Part shown: positions 39,758-55,776 of the stretch, one piece after another
Layout: every line of letters begins with the position of its first letter
How positions within the stretch are numbered: the stretch's first letter is position 1
Assembly (NCBI GenBank): GCA_964016885.1
Contig: CAXHJY010000013.1
Span: 15,831-79,830 of the forward strand
Source: Eledone cirrhosa
Lineage: Eukaryota
Length of the DNA: 64,000 bases
Direction of reading: 5' to 3'
Translations under genes and position numbers: made by a program
The notes under the pieces: model-generated
Databases searched by the model: none
What the model was told of the DNA's origin: nothing
What the model saw: only the letters and a program-made list of their open reading frames with translations

Positions 39758-39946
39758 GAATAAGGAAAAGCAAAGTAGTTTCAGATGTTCAAGTCCTTTA
39801 AACAACCTTATTATGTAACAAGCTGTCTGATGATGACACGACACTCGCACACAGAACAGTGTGGCCAGTGTCATCATTGAAATATATATCACAGCATTAT
39901 TATTAAAGGACTTGAACATCTGAAACTACTTCGCTTTTCCTTATTC
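39758..39946. repeat. 44-bp inverted repeat (43/44) inside a (TA)n-flanked island, probably Penelope-derived
   Basis: Arms 39758-39801 and 39903-39946. Confidence 0.85.
39822..39895 (+). ncRNA. Type I (Penelope-like minimal) hammerhead ribozyme candidate
   Basis: GCTGT-CTGATGA-[tgacac...gtgtca tcatt]-GAAA-TATATA-TC-ACAGC: stem I, both core boxes, palindromic stem III and an AUC triplet. Base of stem II is non-canonical. Confidence 0.5.
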
Positions 39947-40514
39947 TATATATATATATATATATATATACATACATATGTATATATATATATATATACA
40001 TATCATCATCATCACTGTTTAACATATATTTTTTCAGGCTTGCATGGGTTCGAGGGATCATCCGTGTTATGATACAAGTCTGGTCTGTTGGCCGTGCCAT
40101 AGCTTGCTCAAGCGGAACTGTATTTTGGCTGTTTTTTTTTGTTTTTTTTTACAGCCGGATACTCTTCCTAATGTCAACCATGTTTACAGTGTGAAACTGA
40201 ATGGCACCATTATAAGACAGGTCTGTTGGCCACGCCATACCTTGCTCATAACGGGATGGTAGGCAGAGATTTTATTGTTGTTGGATGCCCAACCCTCAAC
40301 TACATTTACAGTGTAGTGGGTGGTCCCGTTATGAGACAAGACTGACCAATTGGTCATGCCTTACCCTGCTCATAGCGGAACAGATTTTGGGAGCTAGCTG
40401 ATTAGTTTCATTTGCATATGTGCAAGTCATGGTCATCAGACTTGGCTTGTCTCACAACGGGGCAACTTGTCTAACCCATGCTAGCATGGAAAATGGATGT
40501 TAAATGATGATGAT

Positions 40515-40552
<38 letters not shown>

Positions 40553-40901
40553 TGTATATCTGTCTGTGTGTGTGTGTTTGTACACAAATCCCTCACAATT
40601 TTGAAGGCTTGCATTTCTGAAATGTTTACCATAATTAGGAATTATTTAATGAAAAACCTACTGACTACATTCTTTTCAGTGTGATAACTTAAGATGCTTC
40701 TTGCGTAATTTGTCTAGGGAATACACAAACAAAAACAAGGCAATACAACCACTTTATACATGAAACAGGAGTTTCCATAATGTAGTGGGTCTTTGTATAA
40801 AATAAATATCTATTTAGTGACATGTCTGTCAATCACATCTTAGTGTTGCTATACCAGTTTGAATTTCCTAATAATGGCTGTACAATGTGTTGTTATTTCA
40901 G

Positions 40902-41028
40902 GGTGTCTGTTCTCAAGTCCCATGTTGCCAGGTTATGTAGGATTGCTCCAGACAAACAGGTGATGTTGGTCAGTGGTGGAACTAGTTTGGACAATAGCTG
41001 TCGTGTTGGGCACTACTGTGCTGGAACT
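40902..41028 (+). CDS. RB1CC1: RB1CC1 (FIP200), second coding exon (N-terminal ubiquitin-like region)
   Basis: Acceptor ttatttcag|G, phase-compatible with the previous exon; VSVLKSHVARLCRIAPDKQVMLVSGGTSLDNSCRVGHYCAGT resembles human VADLKHAIQSKYKIAIQHQVLVVNGGECMAADRRVCTYSAGT; donor gtatgt at 41029. Confidence 0.93.
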
Positions 41029-41109
41029 GTATGTATTCAAATTCTACCTTTATTTATGTTTGTGTATGTATAAGAAAGAAGTGTGTGTGTGTGTGTACAT
41101 TTTTTTTGT

Positions 41110-41445
41110 GGAGCGAGAGACTCCTAGTCTCCATTAAGACATCTCTCTAGGATAAGGTTACTCTGATATAAAACCTGCGACTTCATTTGCATCCTGTGAT
41201 GTACACTAGTTCTTCTTTTTGGGCAAATGCATTCGATGTTCAGAGAATGGAATTGGTCATGTGCAAAGCCTTTCTTCACTTAAAAAAGCTTCAAGCACAG
41301 GCATTGCTTGATGTGACATCTTTTGTGATATATGGTATTGCTGACCATAGGCAAGTCCCTAGCAGGATTAAAAAGCCACGTCCGTGATGCTCATGCTTAA
41401 GTATCAAGTGGTGGCATTACTCGAAATAGAGTTGCAGCCATTATA
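41110..41445 (+). mobile_element. Degenerate copy of the bipartite RTE-derived non-autonomous element
   Basis: Shares actctgatataa.acctgc, gttcttcttttt, aaaagcttca.gcacaggcattgctt and tactcgaaa..gagtt.gcagcca-(TA)n with 54425-55037. Confidence 0.65.
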
Positions 41446-41496
41446 TATATATATATATGTATGTATATCATATATATATATATATATATATATGTC

Positions 41497-43122
41497 AGTA
41501 TGAGAGACTGATGAATGGGAAGAACGAATGGGAGAGAGAGAAATTACCCTCAGTAGATCTGACAGAGGGACCAGCTATTGAGATTGACGAATATAGGGTC
41601 CAAGAGGCGATTAAGGAAATGAAAAATGGTAAGGCTGCTGGACCATCGGGGATAGTTGCTGAGATGCTGAAGGCATCAGGGGACGTCGGCACTAAACTGG
41701 TTGCACGCATCATCAATCAAGCTATGTATGGTGGTTAATACCCAAAGACTGGTGCAGCAGTATTCTCATAAAGGGCTACAAAGGTAAAGAGGATGCTCTG
41801 GAGAGGTGCAATTATAGGGGCATAAAGCTGATGGATCAGGTTATGAAAGTGGCAGAGAGAATATTAGCGCAACTGATTAGAGAAAGGGTCAAATTAGATG
41901 AGATGCAGTTTGGTTTTGTGCCTCGGAAAAGTACAACAGATGCCCTCTTCTTAGTGAGGCAACTACAAGAGAGGTTCTTAGAGAAGAATAAGCCACTATA
42001 CTTAGCTTTTTTTGATCTAGAGAAGGCCTTTGATAGGGTACGCCGATCTGTCATCTGGTGGTCCTTAAGGAAACTAGGTGTAGAGGAATGGCTTGCGAGG
42101 ACAGTGCAAGCTTTGTACAGGGGTTCTGTCAGTAAAGTGAGAGTAGGAATGGAAGTTTAGTGAGGAATTCCAAATACAACTAGGTGTACCTCAGGGTTTG
42201 TTCCTCAGCCCGCTCTTGTTCATTATAGTCCTCCAAGCCATAACAGAGGAGTTTATGACTGGATGCCCATGGGAACTTCTCTATGCTGATGATCTGGTTC
42301 TTATAGCAGAATCAGTAGAGGAGCTAGAGAATAAATTCTGGCTATGGAAACAGCAGTTGGAATCAAGAGGGTTGAGAATGAACATAGCTAAGACAAAAGT
42401 GTTGATAAGTAGAAGAGAGGACAACACTCTGATTCCATCAGGGAAATGACCATGTTCCATATGTAGGAAAGGAACTGGCATAAATTCCATAAAATGTACA
42501 CAATGCAGATCTTGGGTGCACAAGAGATGTAGTGGGATAGCAGGCAAACTAACAGGTATGGAAAACTATGTATGCAGTAGGTGTACAGGTAAAGTTGGCA
42601 GTAGTAATCGCAGTGATAGACACATTTTTCCAATGCAGATGGGTTCTATGGGGGGGGGTTCCAAGACCATAGTATCTAGAATGACAGGTTGGAAGAAGTT
42701 TAGGGAGTTGCTTCCTCTGTTGACAAAGAAGGGTTTCTTCCTGCGTACGAAAGGACGGTTATATGATGCCTGTGTGAGATGCGCGATGCTGCATGATAGT
42801 GAGACATGGGCAGCAACTGCAGAGGATATATGACGGCTGGAGAGAAATGAAGCATGCCCCGTTGGATGTGCAATGTCAATGTGCGTGGACGACCAAGCTT
42901 AGACGAGTTGAGAAAGAAACTGGGTATAAAAGGGATCAGTGGTGGTGTGCAGGAGAGACGACTGAGATGGTATGGACATGTGATGCGCATGGAGGATGAC
43001 CGCTGGATAAAGAAATGCCAAGAAATCCCAGTAGAAGGAAGATGCAGCTGAGTAGCAATAGACCACGAAAAACATGGGCGGAGGTGGTGAGAGTAGAACT
43101 CAGATCGCTGAAACTCTTGGAT
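41497..43122 (+). mobile_element. RTE LINE (subfamily B), 5'-truncated, frameshifted, 3' end missing
   Basis: ORF pieces 41457-43051 similar to 14494-16002 (GDVGTKLVARIIN, YADD, PHD finger, WYGHV). Confidence 0.9.
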
Positions 43123-43123
43123 C

Positions 43124-45465
43124 GGAACAACCCCATTCTGTATGACTTGGTTTACTATCCGGGTGACCATGGTGTGTCCCACCGTTCCAGAGGCTTTCAG
43201 CATCTCAGCAACTATTTCCGAAGGCCCAGCCGCCTTACCTGTCTTCATATCTTTGATTGCCTTACTTATTTTACTACCTTTAACTAACACTGCTGGTCCC
43301 TCTATTGGATCGATCTGGGGGAGACTATCCTTCTCCCATTTATTCTCCTCATTTAGTAGCCTTTCGTAGTGACACTGCCAAGCTACCTTCTTATCAGCGT
43401 CAGTGATGGCAAGTACGCCATCATCATTTAGTACACACTTCTCCCCGACAATATCACGGTTTTCCTTGACACATTGCCTAGCAATCCTGAACACCTCACG
43501 TTTTTGGTCCTCGCGTTGTAGAACATGCTTGAACCTTCTTTCCTCTGCTTCCCTTCTTGCGAAGTACACTTGTCCCCTAGCTTCCTTCCTGGCCACTTGA
43601 TAGTCTTCTCTACTTCCCCCATCCTGCCATACTTTCCAAGCCTGCTTTTTGGCCTTAATCGACTCCTCCACCTTACTGTTCCACCACCATGTTACTCTCC
43701 TCCTGCCTATAGGCCTGCTCCGGCCACAGACTTCGTCTGCCGCCATCAGCAGGTTTGCTTTCAGGAATTCCCACTGTTCCTCTATATTGTACGACTCTAA
43801 ATGCTCTTCCTTACTGTCGAAAGCATCAAGTAATATGCTTTTAAATTTATTTCTGGCTGTAGGGTCCTTTAGCTTCCATATTTTTCTCCTGAGGATAGTC
43901 CTCTTCTGCTGTTGGGTACATCTCGTCCTGACTATGAGGTCGCTAATTATCAGTCTATGTTGGGAGGTGCATTCTTCATGGGGGAGGGATTTGGTGTTTA
44001 CAACAGACACTCTGTCACGTCTTCTGGTAAGGATATAATCTACCTGGCTGGTATGTTCCCTTGATCTGTAGGTGATCAAGTGAGTGTCTCGTTTTTTGAA
44101 GTTAGTGTTACAGATTGTTAGGTTATTTGCGTCACAGAATTCCAGGATTCTGGAGCCTTCCTCATTTCTAGTACCAAAGCCATAGCCTCCGTGGATTCCA
44201 TCATAGCCGTCACAATGTTGTCCAACGTGACCATTTAGGTCGCCAGCAATAATAATATAGTCACTGTCGGTTATTTGGGAGGTAGTGAGCATCAGTGTCT
44301 CATAGAAAGTGTCTTTTATAGCGCCAGGCAGTCCGGATTGGGGCGCGTACGCAGATATTATCGTCACAGTAGTTCTATTTAGAACAAGTCTTATTTTAAT
44401 TATTCTGTCGTTTACTCTATTTACGTCTATTATCTTATCCACCCATTTTTCTGCTAACATGATTCCTACCCCACCCAGCCCATTGTCATTTCCCACCCAG
44501 AAAAGCTTATAGCATCGTTTTTTACCCACAATGAATCTAGCAGACCCGCCCCTCCACCTGGTCTCTTGGATACAGCAGACATCAACCTCCTTACGTTCAA
44601 GCATTTCTACAACCTCGTTAGAGCAGCCTTTTAAGGTCCCTACATTCATGGTACCAACTCTGAAGTTTTGGATTACGTTTGGTGGGTGGGGTGCAGGGAG
44701 GGGTGAGGTGGATGGGGTTGGGGTTATGTTGGCCATCCGCGGCCTCAACAAAGGGTGGGGCCTTGCCCTTTCGTCCGGCAGCATGAGGTGAATTTGTCGT
44801 TATCTTTTGCATTGTCTTCGGGTGTCCAGATTCTTCTGACTCTCCAGAAATTCCCTAGTTCATCCATCATATCGAAAAGCAACCAGAAGTGCTAGCATAG
44901 GTCGTTTACTTGTGATTGGTCCAAATAATAAGGTGGTGAGTGGGGGCAGGAGGGAGGGGTATGGGGTAGTTCGCGAGGAGCAGACTTATTTTTTAGAACA
45001 ACAGTGAGACAGAATTATAGAAAGACAATTATGAATACGATTTTTGATTCTGGGAGACTGTAATATATATAGATGAATGAACCGAAGGGTTGGGTGGAGA
45101 GTTGAGAAGAAAATGAGATATGTACGTTACATTTCTTAGAAGTAGACTGAACGAGCGACCATCAATAATAGTTGACAAATTCTGAGTTTAGTTCCCCGTA
45201 ACAAGACTTATTTATATTTGGTTGGTAGGGAGTGAGAGAGCAGCGTATATGATAGTGAGGGTTAGAGGGTGAGAGGCGATTTCAGCAGGCCGAGAGAGAG
45301 AGGCCATCCCAATAAAACCTGGCAAAATTTTTCGGCCAAAATGGTTGCAGGAATATTATTTCGAACAACGTGGGGAAGATTTTTAGAAAGACAATTATGA
45401 ATACGATTTTTGATTCTGGGGGACTGTAATATATATAGATGAATGAACCGAAGGGTTGGGTGGAG
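43124..45465 (-). mobile_element. RTE LINE (A-related subfamily): 5' UTR, APE and RT start
   Basis: ORF 42700-44784 is RTE-A-like up to QNGVVP, then reads into antisense RTE-B; distinct 5' UTR with a CCAAT box and an 82-bp duplication. Confidence 0.9.
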
Positions 45466-45544
45466 TTGCCTCAAGTGGGAAAACTCCCGTCCAAACCCAT
45501 GCAAGCGTGGAACATGGACGTTAAACGATGATGATGATGATGAT
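45466..45544 (+). mobile_element. Isolated RTE-A 3' tail
   Basis: ttgcctcaagtggga..cgtccaaacccatgcaagcgtggaacatggacgttaaac(gat)n. Confidence 0.85.
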
Positions 45545-45557
45545 ATGTGTATATATA

Positions 45558-46447
45558 TCATCATCATCATCATCATCATCGTTTAACGTCCATATTCCAC
45601 GCTTGCATGGGTTTGGACGGGGGTTTTCCCACTTGAGGCAAGAGTGGTTGTCTTCCTCGCATAGGACTGTCTGGCGGGTTTTCTACGGCTGGATACCCTT
45701 CCTAACACCAACCACATTTACAGTGTGGAACTGGTAGGTTTTTACCGTGTTGCCTACACGGCCACATTACAGCGTGGACTGTGTTTTTTTTTTTGTCGTG
45801 ACACCTACACAACTTCATTTGTTTCGGGCTGGATGTTGTGCCACCAACATAACTTTACATTGAAGGGGTGGTGTGGATGGGGGTGGGGGTAGTGGGACGG
45901 GGTGTATTTTGTTAGAGGTGCCTACTGACTGTAGTAGGTTTCACTTTGTACTTAGGTAATGCGGGTTTTCTCTATTACTGTGTAGCGCCAAAGCTCTCGG
46001 TCCAGTGACATTGCCTTGGAGAGGTGTAAGTGTGTGAGGTCGGAATTTATCAAGTCGTCCCAGGTTTTTCTGGGTCTGCCTACTCCGTGGCTACCGTCTA
46101 TTTTTATTGCCCTCCACTTTTTCATACAGCTGTCGTCTTTCATGCGCATCACGTGACCATACCAACGTAGTCTACTCTCGAGTAAACATCTGATCCCTCA
46201 TTTCTAATTTCTCCCTTAGTACGTTTATGCTTTGCCGTTCACGTATGTTACTATTACACATCCAGCGGAGCATGCAAGCTTCGTTTCTCTCCAGTCTGCG
46301 TATATCATCTGCACACAACGCCCAGGTCTCACTGCCATGTAACATTGCTGTTCGTATGCAGGCATCATACAGCCTGATAGTGGTATAAGCTCTCTGAATT
46401 TTTTCCATCCTGTTCTGACCCTAGCTACTGTACTTTCAGAGCACATA
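45558..46447 (-). mobile_element. 5'-truncated RTE LINE (A-related), 3' portion
   Basis: [16 protein letters not shown]...[17 protein letters not shown]...GRPRKTW, 3' UTR and (CAT)n tail; small deletions. Confidence 0.9.
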
Positions 46448-49771
<3,324 letters not shown>

Positions 49772-49774
<3 letters not shown>

Positions 49775-51442
49775 TCATCAGCGTTTTACGTCCGTTCTTC
49801 CACGCTAGCATGGGTTAGACGGGTTGTCCTGTTGTGGGCAGTGTCTGGTCGACTGACCATGCCTTGCTCATACAGGAACTGATTTGGCTTGATTTCTACA
49901 GCTGGAGACCCTTCCTAACACCAACCTCATTTACAGTGAGTGCTGGGTACTTTTTCGTGGCGTCTACACGTCCACTTTACAGTGTTGGCTGGGTGCTTTT
50001 TCGGCACCTCCACGACCACCTTGCAGTGGGAGGGTGTGGGGGCATATTGTCTATATGCTTCAGCTTGTACCCATGGGAGGTCGGGTACTCTGTATTACTG
50101 CGTGACGCCGTCACAGTCGTGTGTCATCGCCTTTGAGAGGTGTAATTGGGTAAGGTCGACTTTTATCACCTCATCCCAGGTCATCTTGGGTCTCCCCACT
50201 CCACGGTTTCCATCGACTTCTAGTGCTCTGCACCTTTTTATGCAGCTGTCATCCTTCATACGCATCACATGTCCATACCAACGCAACCGCGTCTCCTGCA
50301 CACAGCATTTGATTCCTCTTATGCTCAGTCTCTCTCTCAATTCATTTATGCTTTGTCGTTCGCATATATTACTATTACAGATCCATCAGAACATGCAGGC
50401 TTCATTTCTCTCTAATCTACGTAAGTCTTCCACCTTCAGCGCCCAGGTCTCACTACCATGTAACATTGCTGTTCAGATACACGCATCATACAGTCTGCCT
50501 TTCATTTTGAGGGAGAAGCCTTTTGCAGCTAGCAGTGGCAGTAGTTCCCTGAACTTCTTCCATCCCGTTCTTATCCTAGTTATTGTACTTTATGAACACC
50601 CACCTCCGCTGCTAATTCGGTCACCTAGGTAGCAGAAGCTGTCTACTGTCTCTACAGAGCTCTCCCAGAGATTGGTGGTACTTGTTTCCTGTGGCTGTTT
50701 GCTGCTTGCTGTCCCAGCACAGCTGCTGCATGTGAAGCCTACATTCTTAATTAAACTTCCTGAGATCCAGCTACATCTCTTGTGTACCCATTGTTTGCAT
50801 TTGGGGCAGAGAATGGAGTTCCTACCTACACCTTTCCTACATACTGAGCAAGGCCATTTCCCTGAGGGGATCTGGGTTCTGTTTTCTCGTCTACTTACAA
50901 GGACCTTAGTCTTTGTCATGTTGACTTTGAGACCCTTTCTTTCTAGTCCCTGCTTCCAAGTTTGGAATTTCTTTAGTTCTACCATAGATTCAGCTATAAG
51001 TGCGAGGTCATCAGCATACAGGAGTTCCCATGGGCATCTTAAACTCCTCCGTTATTGCCTGCAGGACTATGATGAACAGGAGGGGGCTAAGAACAGAGCC
51101 CTGGTGGACCCCAACCTGTAGGATAAATTCCTCGCTATACTCGTTGCTAATCCTAACTTTGCTGACTGCTCCCCAATACATGGCTTGAACCGCTTTCACA
51201 AGCCATTCATTTACTCCTAGTTTTCTAAGAGCCCACCAGATTACAGCACGTGGAACTCTGTCAAAGGCTTTCGCAAGATCGACGAATGCCAAGTAGAGTG
51301 GCTTACTTTTAGCTAGGTACTTTTCCTGTAACTGCCTCACAAGTAAGAGGGCATCAGTGGTGCCTCTTCCTGGTACAAACCCAAATTGCATCTCATCTAG
51401 TTTCAACCGGTCCCTAATCAACTGTGCTATAACTCTTTCTGT
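49772..51442 (-). mobile_element. 5'-truncated RTE LINE (subfamily C)
   Basis: ORFs 51011-51493, 50590-50985 and 50095-50340 (QGSVLSP, PHD CSVC..CPKC..WVHKRC..CSSC, WYGHV); distinct 3' UTR ending ccatgctagcgtgg..gacgtaaaacgctgatgatg. Confidence 0.9.
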
Positions 51443-51480
51443 TGTATATATATATGTATATATATATATGTATATATATA

Positions 51481-51543
51481 TCATCATCATCATTTCATTT
51501 TACGTCCATTTTTCCCTGCTTGCAAGGGTGGGACGGGAACTGA
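51481..51543 (-). mobile_element. Short RTE-B-type 3' tail fragment
   Basis: Reverse complement of cagttcccgtcccacccttgcaagcaggg..gacgtaaaatgaaatgatg, nearly identical to 34723-34784. Confidence 0.8.
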
Positions 51544-51905
51544 TATGTATATATATATGTATATGTATATGTATATGTATATATATATGTATATGTATAT
51601 GTATATATATATGTATATGTATATATATATGTATATGTATATGTATATAGATATGTATATGTATATATATGTATAGATATGTATATGTATATATATGTAT
51701 AGATATGTATATATATGTATATGTATATATATATGTATATATATGTATATGTATATATATGTATATATATGTATATGTACATATATGTATATGTATGTAT
51801 ATGTACATATATGTATATGTATGTATATGTACATATATGTATATGTATGTATATGTACATATGTATATGTATATATATGTATATGTATGTATGTGTATGT
51901 ATATG

Positions 51906-51940
<35 letters not shown>

Positions 51941-52786
51941 GTATATAATATATAAGAACAAAAGATGGCTAAAACAGTTCCATCTTTTGTTCTTATATAT
52001 TATGTATACTCCAGTCCTACACACTGTAGTGCTTATTATCCGATATCTGCATTGCTTTATTGTACTACAATAAAACTCACCTCCTACATATATATGTATA
52101 TATATGTATGTATATGTATGTATATATATGTATGTATATGTATATATATGTATATGTATATATGTATATATGTCTATATATGTATATATGTATATATATG
52201 TATATATATATGTATATGTATATATGTATATATATATGTATATATGTATATATATGTATATGTATATATATGTATATGTGTATATATGTATATATATATA
52301 TATGTATATGTATATATGTATATATATATGTATATATGTATATATATGTATATGTATATATATGTATATGTGTATATATGTATGTGTATGTATATATATA
52401 TGTATATATGTATGTATATATGTATATATATATGTATATATATATGTATATATGTATATATGTATATATATATATATGTATATATGTATATGTATATATA
52501 TATGTGTATATATATATGTATATATATATGTATATATATGTATATATATGTATATATATATATATATGTATATATGTATATATATATATATATATGTATA
52601 TGTATATATATATATGTATATATATATATGTATATATATATATGTATATATATATGTATATATATATGTATATATATATGTATATATATGTATATATATA
52701 TGTATATATATATGTATATATATATGTATATATATGTATATATATGTATATATGTATATATGTATATATATGTATATATGTATATA

Positions 52787-52819
<33 letters not shown>

Positions 52820-53014
52820 ATATATATGTATATATGTATATATATATATATGTATATATGTATATATATATGTATATATATATGTATATATATATGTATA
52901 TATATGTATATATATGTGTATATATGTATATATATGTGTATATATGTATATATATATATATGTATATATGTATATATATGTGTATATATGTATATATATA
53001 TATATGTATATATG

Positions 53015-53049
<35 letters not shown>

Positions 53050-53058
53050 GTATATATG

Positions 53059-53093
<35 letters not shown>

Positions 53094-53096
53094 GTA

Positions 53097-53139
<43 letters not shown>

Positions 53140-53145
53140 ATATAT

Positions 53146-53193
<48 letters not shown>

Positions 53194-53194
53194 G

Positions 53195-53229
<35 letters not shown>

Positions 53230-53235
53230 ATATAT

Positions 53236-53325
<90 letters not shown>

Positions 53326-53486
53326 ATATGTATATATGTATATATGTATATATATATATATGTATATATATATATGTATATATATGTATATGTATATATG
53401 TATATATATATGTATATATATATGTATATATATATGTATATATATATATATATGTATATATGTATATATATATATATGTATATATG

Positions 53487-53517
<31 letters not shown>

Positions 53518-53953
53518 GTATATATATGTATATGTATATATGTATATATATGTATATGTATATATGTATATATATATGTATATATATATGTATGTATATG
53601 TATATATGTATATATATATGTATATATATATGTATATATATATGTATGTTATATATATATATATATATGTATGTATATATATATGTATGTATATATATAT
53701 GTATGTATATATGTATATATATATGTATGTATATATATATATATATATGTATGTATATATATATGTATGTATATATATATGTATGTATATATGTATGTAT
53801 ATATGTATGTATATATATATGTATATATATATGTATATATATATGTATATATATATGTATATATATATGTATATATATATGTATATATATATGTATATAT
53901 ATATGTATATATATATGTATATATATATGTATATATATATGTATATATATATG

Positions 53954-53984
<31 letters not shown>

Positions 53985-54423
53985 GTATGTATATATATGT
54001 ATATATGTATATATATATATATGTGTGTATATGTATATGTATATGTATATATATATATGTATATGTATGTATATATGTATATGTATATGTATGTATATAT
54101 GTATATGTATATGTATGTATATATGTATGTATATATGTATGTATATATGTATATATATATGTATGTATATATGTATGTATATATGTATATATATATGTAT
54201 GTATATATGTATATATATATGTATGTATATATGTATATATATATGTATATATATATGTATATATATATGTATATATATATGTATATATATATGTATATAT
54301 ATATGTATATATATATGTATATATATATGTATGTATATCTGTATGTATATATGTATATATATGTATGTATGTATGTATATATGTATGTATATATATATGT
54401 ATATATATATGTATATATATATG
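51544..54423. repeat. ~2.9-kb (TA)nTG compound microsatellite
   Basis: Read directly; unique island at about 51945-52090. Confidence 0.95.
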
Positions 54424-54424
54424 T

Positions 54425-55037
54425 TATGGTCAGGTCACCAGTTGGTGCTACTGGTAACATGTATCCCAGTACAACCTGTCTCATGGTCGGGTCGTTGGCG
54501 ACTAAACTGGCAACCCCACCAAGGTTGCTTGGTGAGGAGGGTGACTTTGGACATCCTGCAGGACTAAAAACAAAACCTGTCAAAGGGCAAAGGAGCTCTT
54601 AAGAGTCAATGGCCATCCAAAATCACCGGGAGAGATGACGCCTTAGCAGTTGTCAAGGCAGAATTCTTGGAGAAGGAAAACTCTGATATAACACCTGCAA
54701 CCATGATGGTATCCAATGATGTTGACTTGTTCTTCTTTTTGGTAAATATCATCTTGGTTAAGAGAGTGGGACTGGCTTTGTGCAGTGCCTTTGCTCACTA
54801 TAAAAGCTTCACGGCACAGGCATTGCTTTATATCTGGAGATCTCTCTGCACTTGTCGTCACATGGTACCATGGGCCCAGCACTATGTGTCAGTAATTGTC
54901 ACAAGTGTAGTGTTTGTACCAGAGTTTTCAAGTCGCTGGCTGGACTAAAAAGTCACACTCGTTCAGCGCATCGGTAGGGGTTCTTCTACATGGATATAAA
55001 GTAGTGGCCGTACTCGAAAACGAGTTGGCAGCCACCA
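54425..55037 (+). mobile_element. Bipartite non-autonomous RTE-derived retroelement inserted in (TA)n
   Basis: RTE-5'UTR-like motifs (actggcaacccc, ggagaaggaaaactctga) plus a 3' segment encoding [22 protein letters not shown] (RTE C-terminal C2H2); second copy at 41110. Confidence 0.6.
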
Positions 55038-55700
<663 letters not shown>

Positions 55701-55776
55701 AACTTTGAAATGTTTTGGCCAGTATTGGCCCAGGCCATGTCTAACTTAATAGCACCACCTGGCGAAGTCTTTCAAT

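Noticed and set aside
42700-44784. 694-aa ORF as a novel endonuclease fusion protein
   Set aside because: After QNGVVP it reads through antisense RTE-B sequence; a junction artefact.
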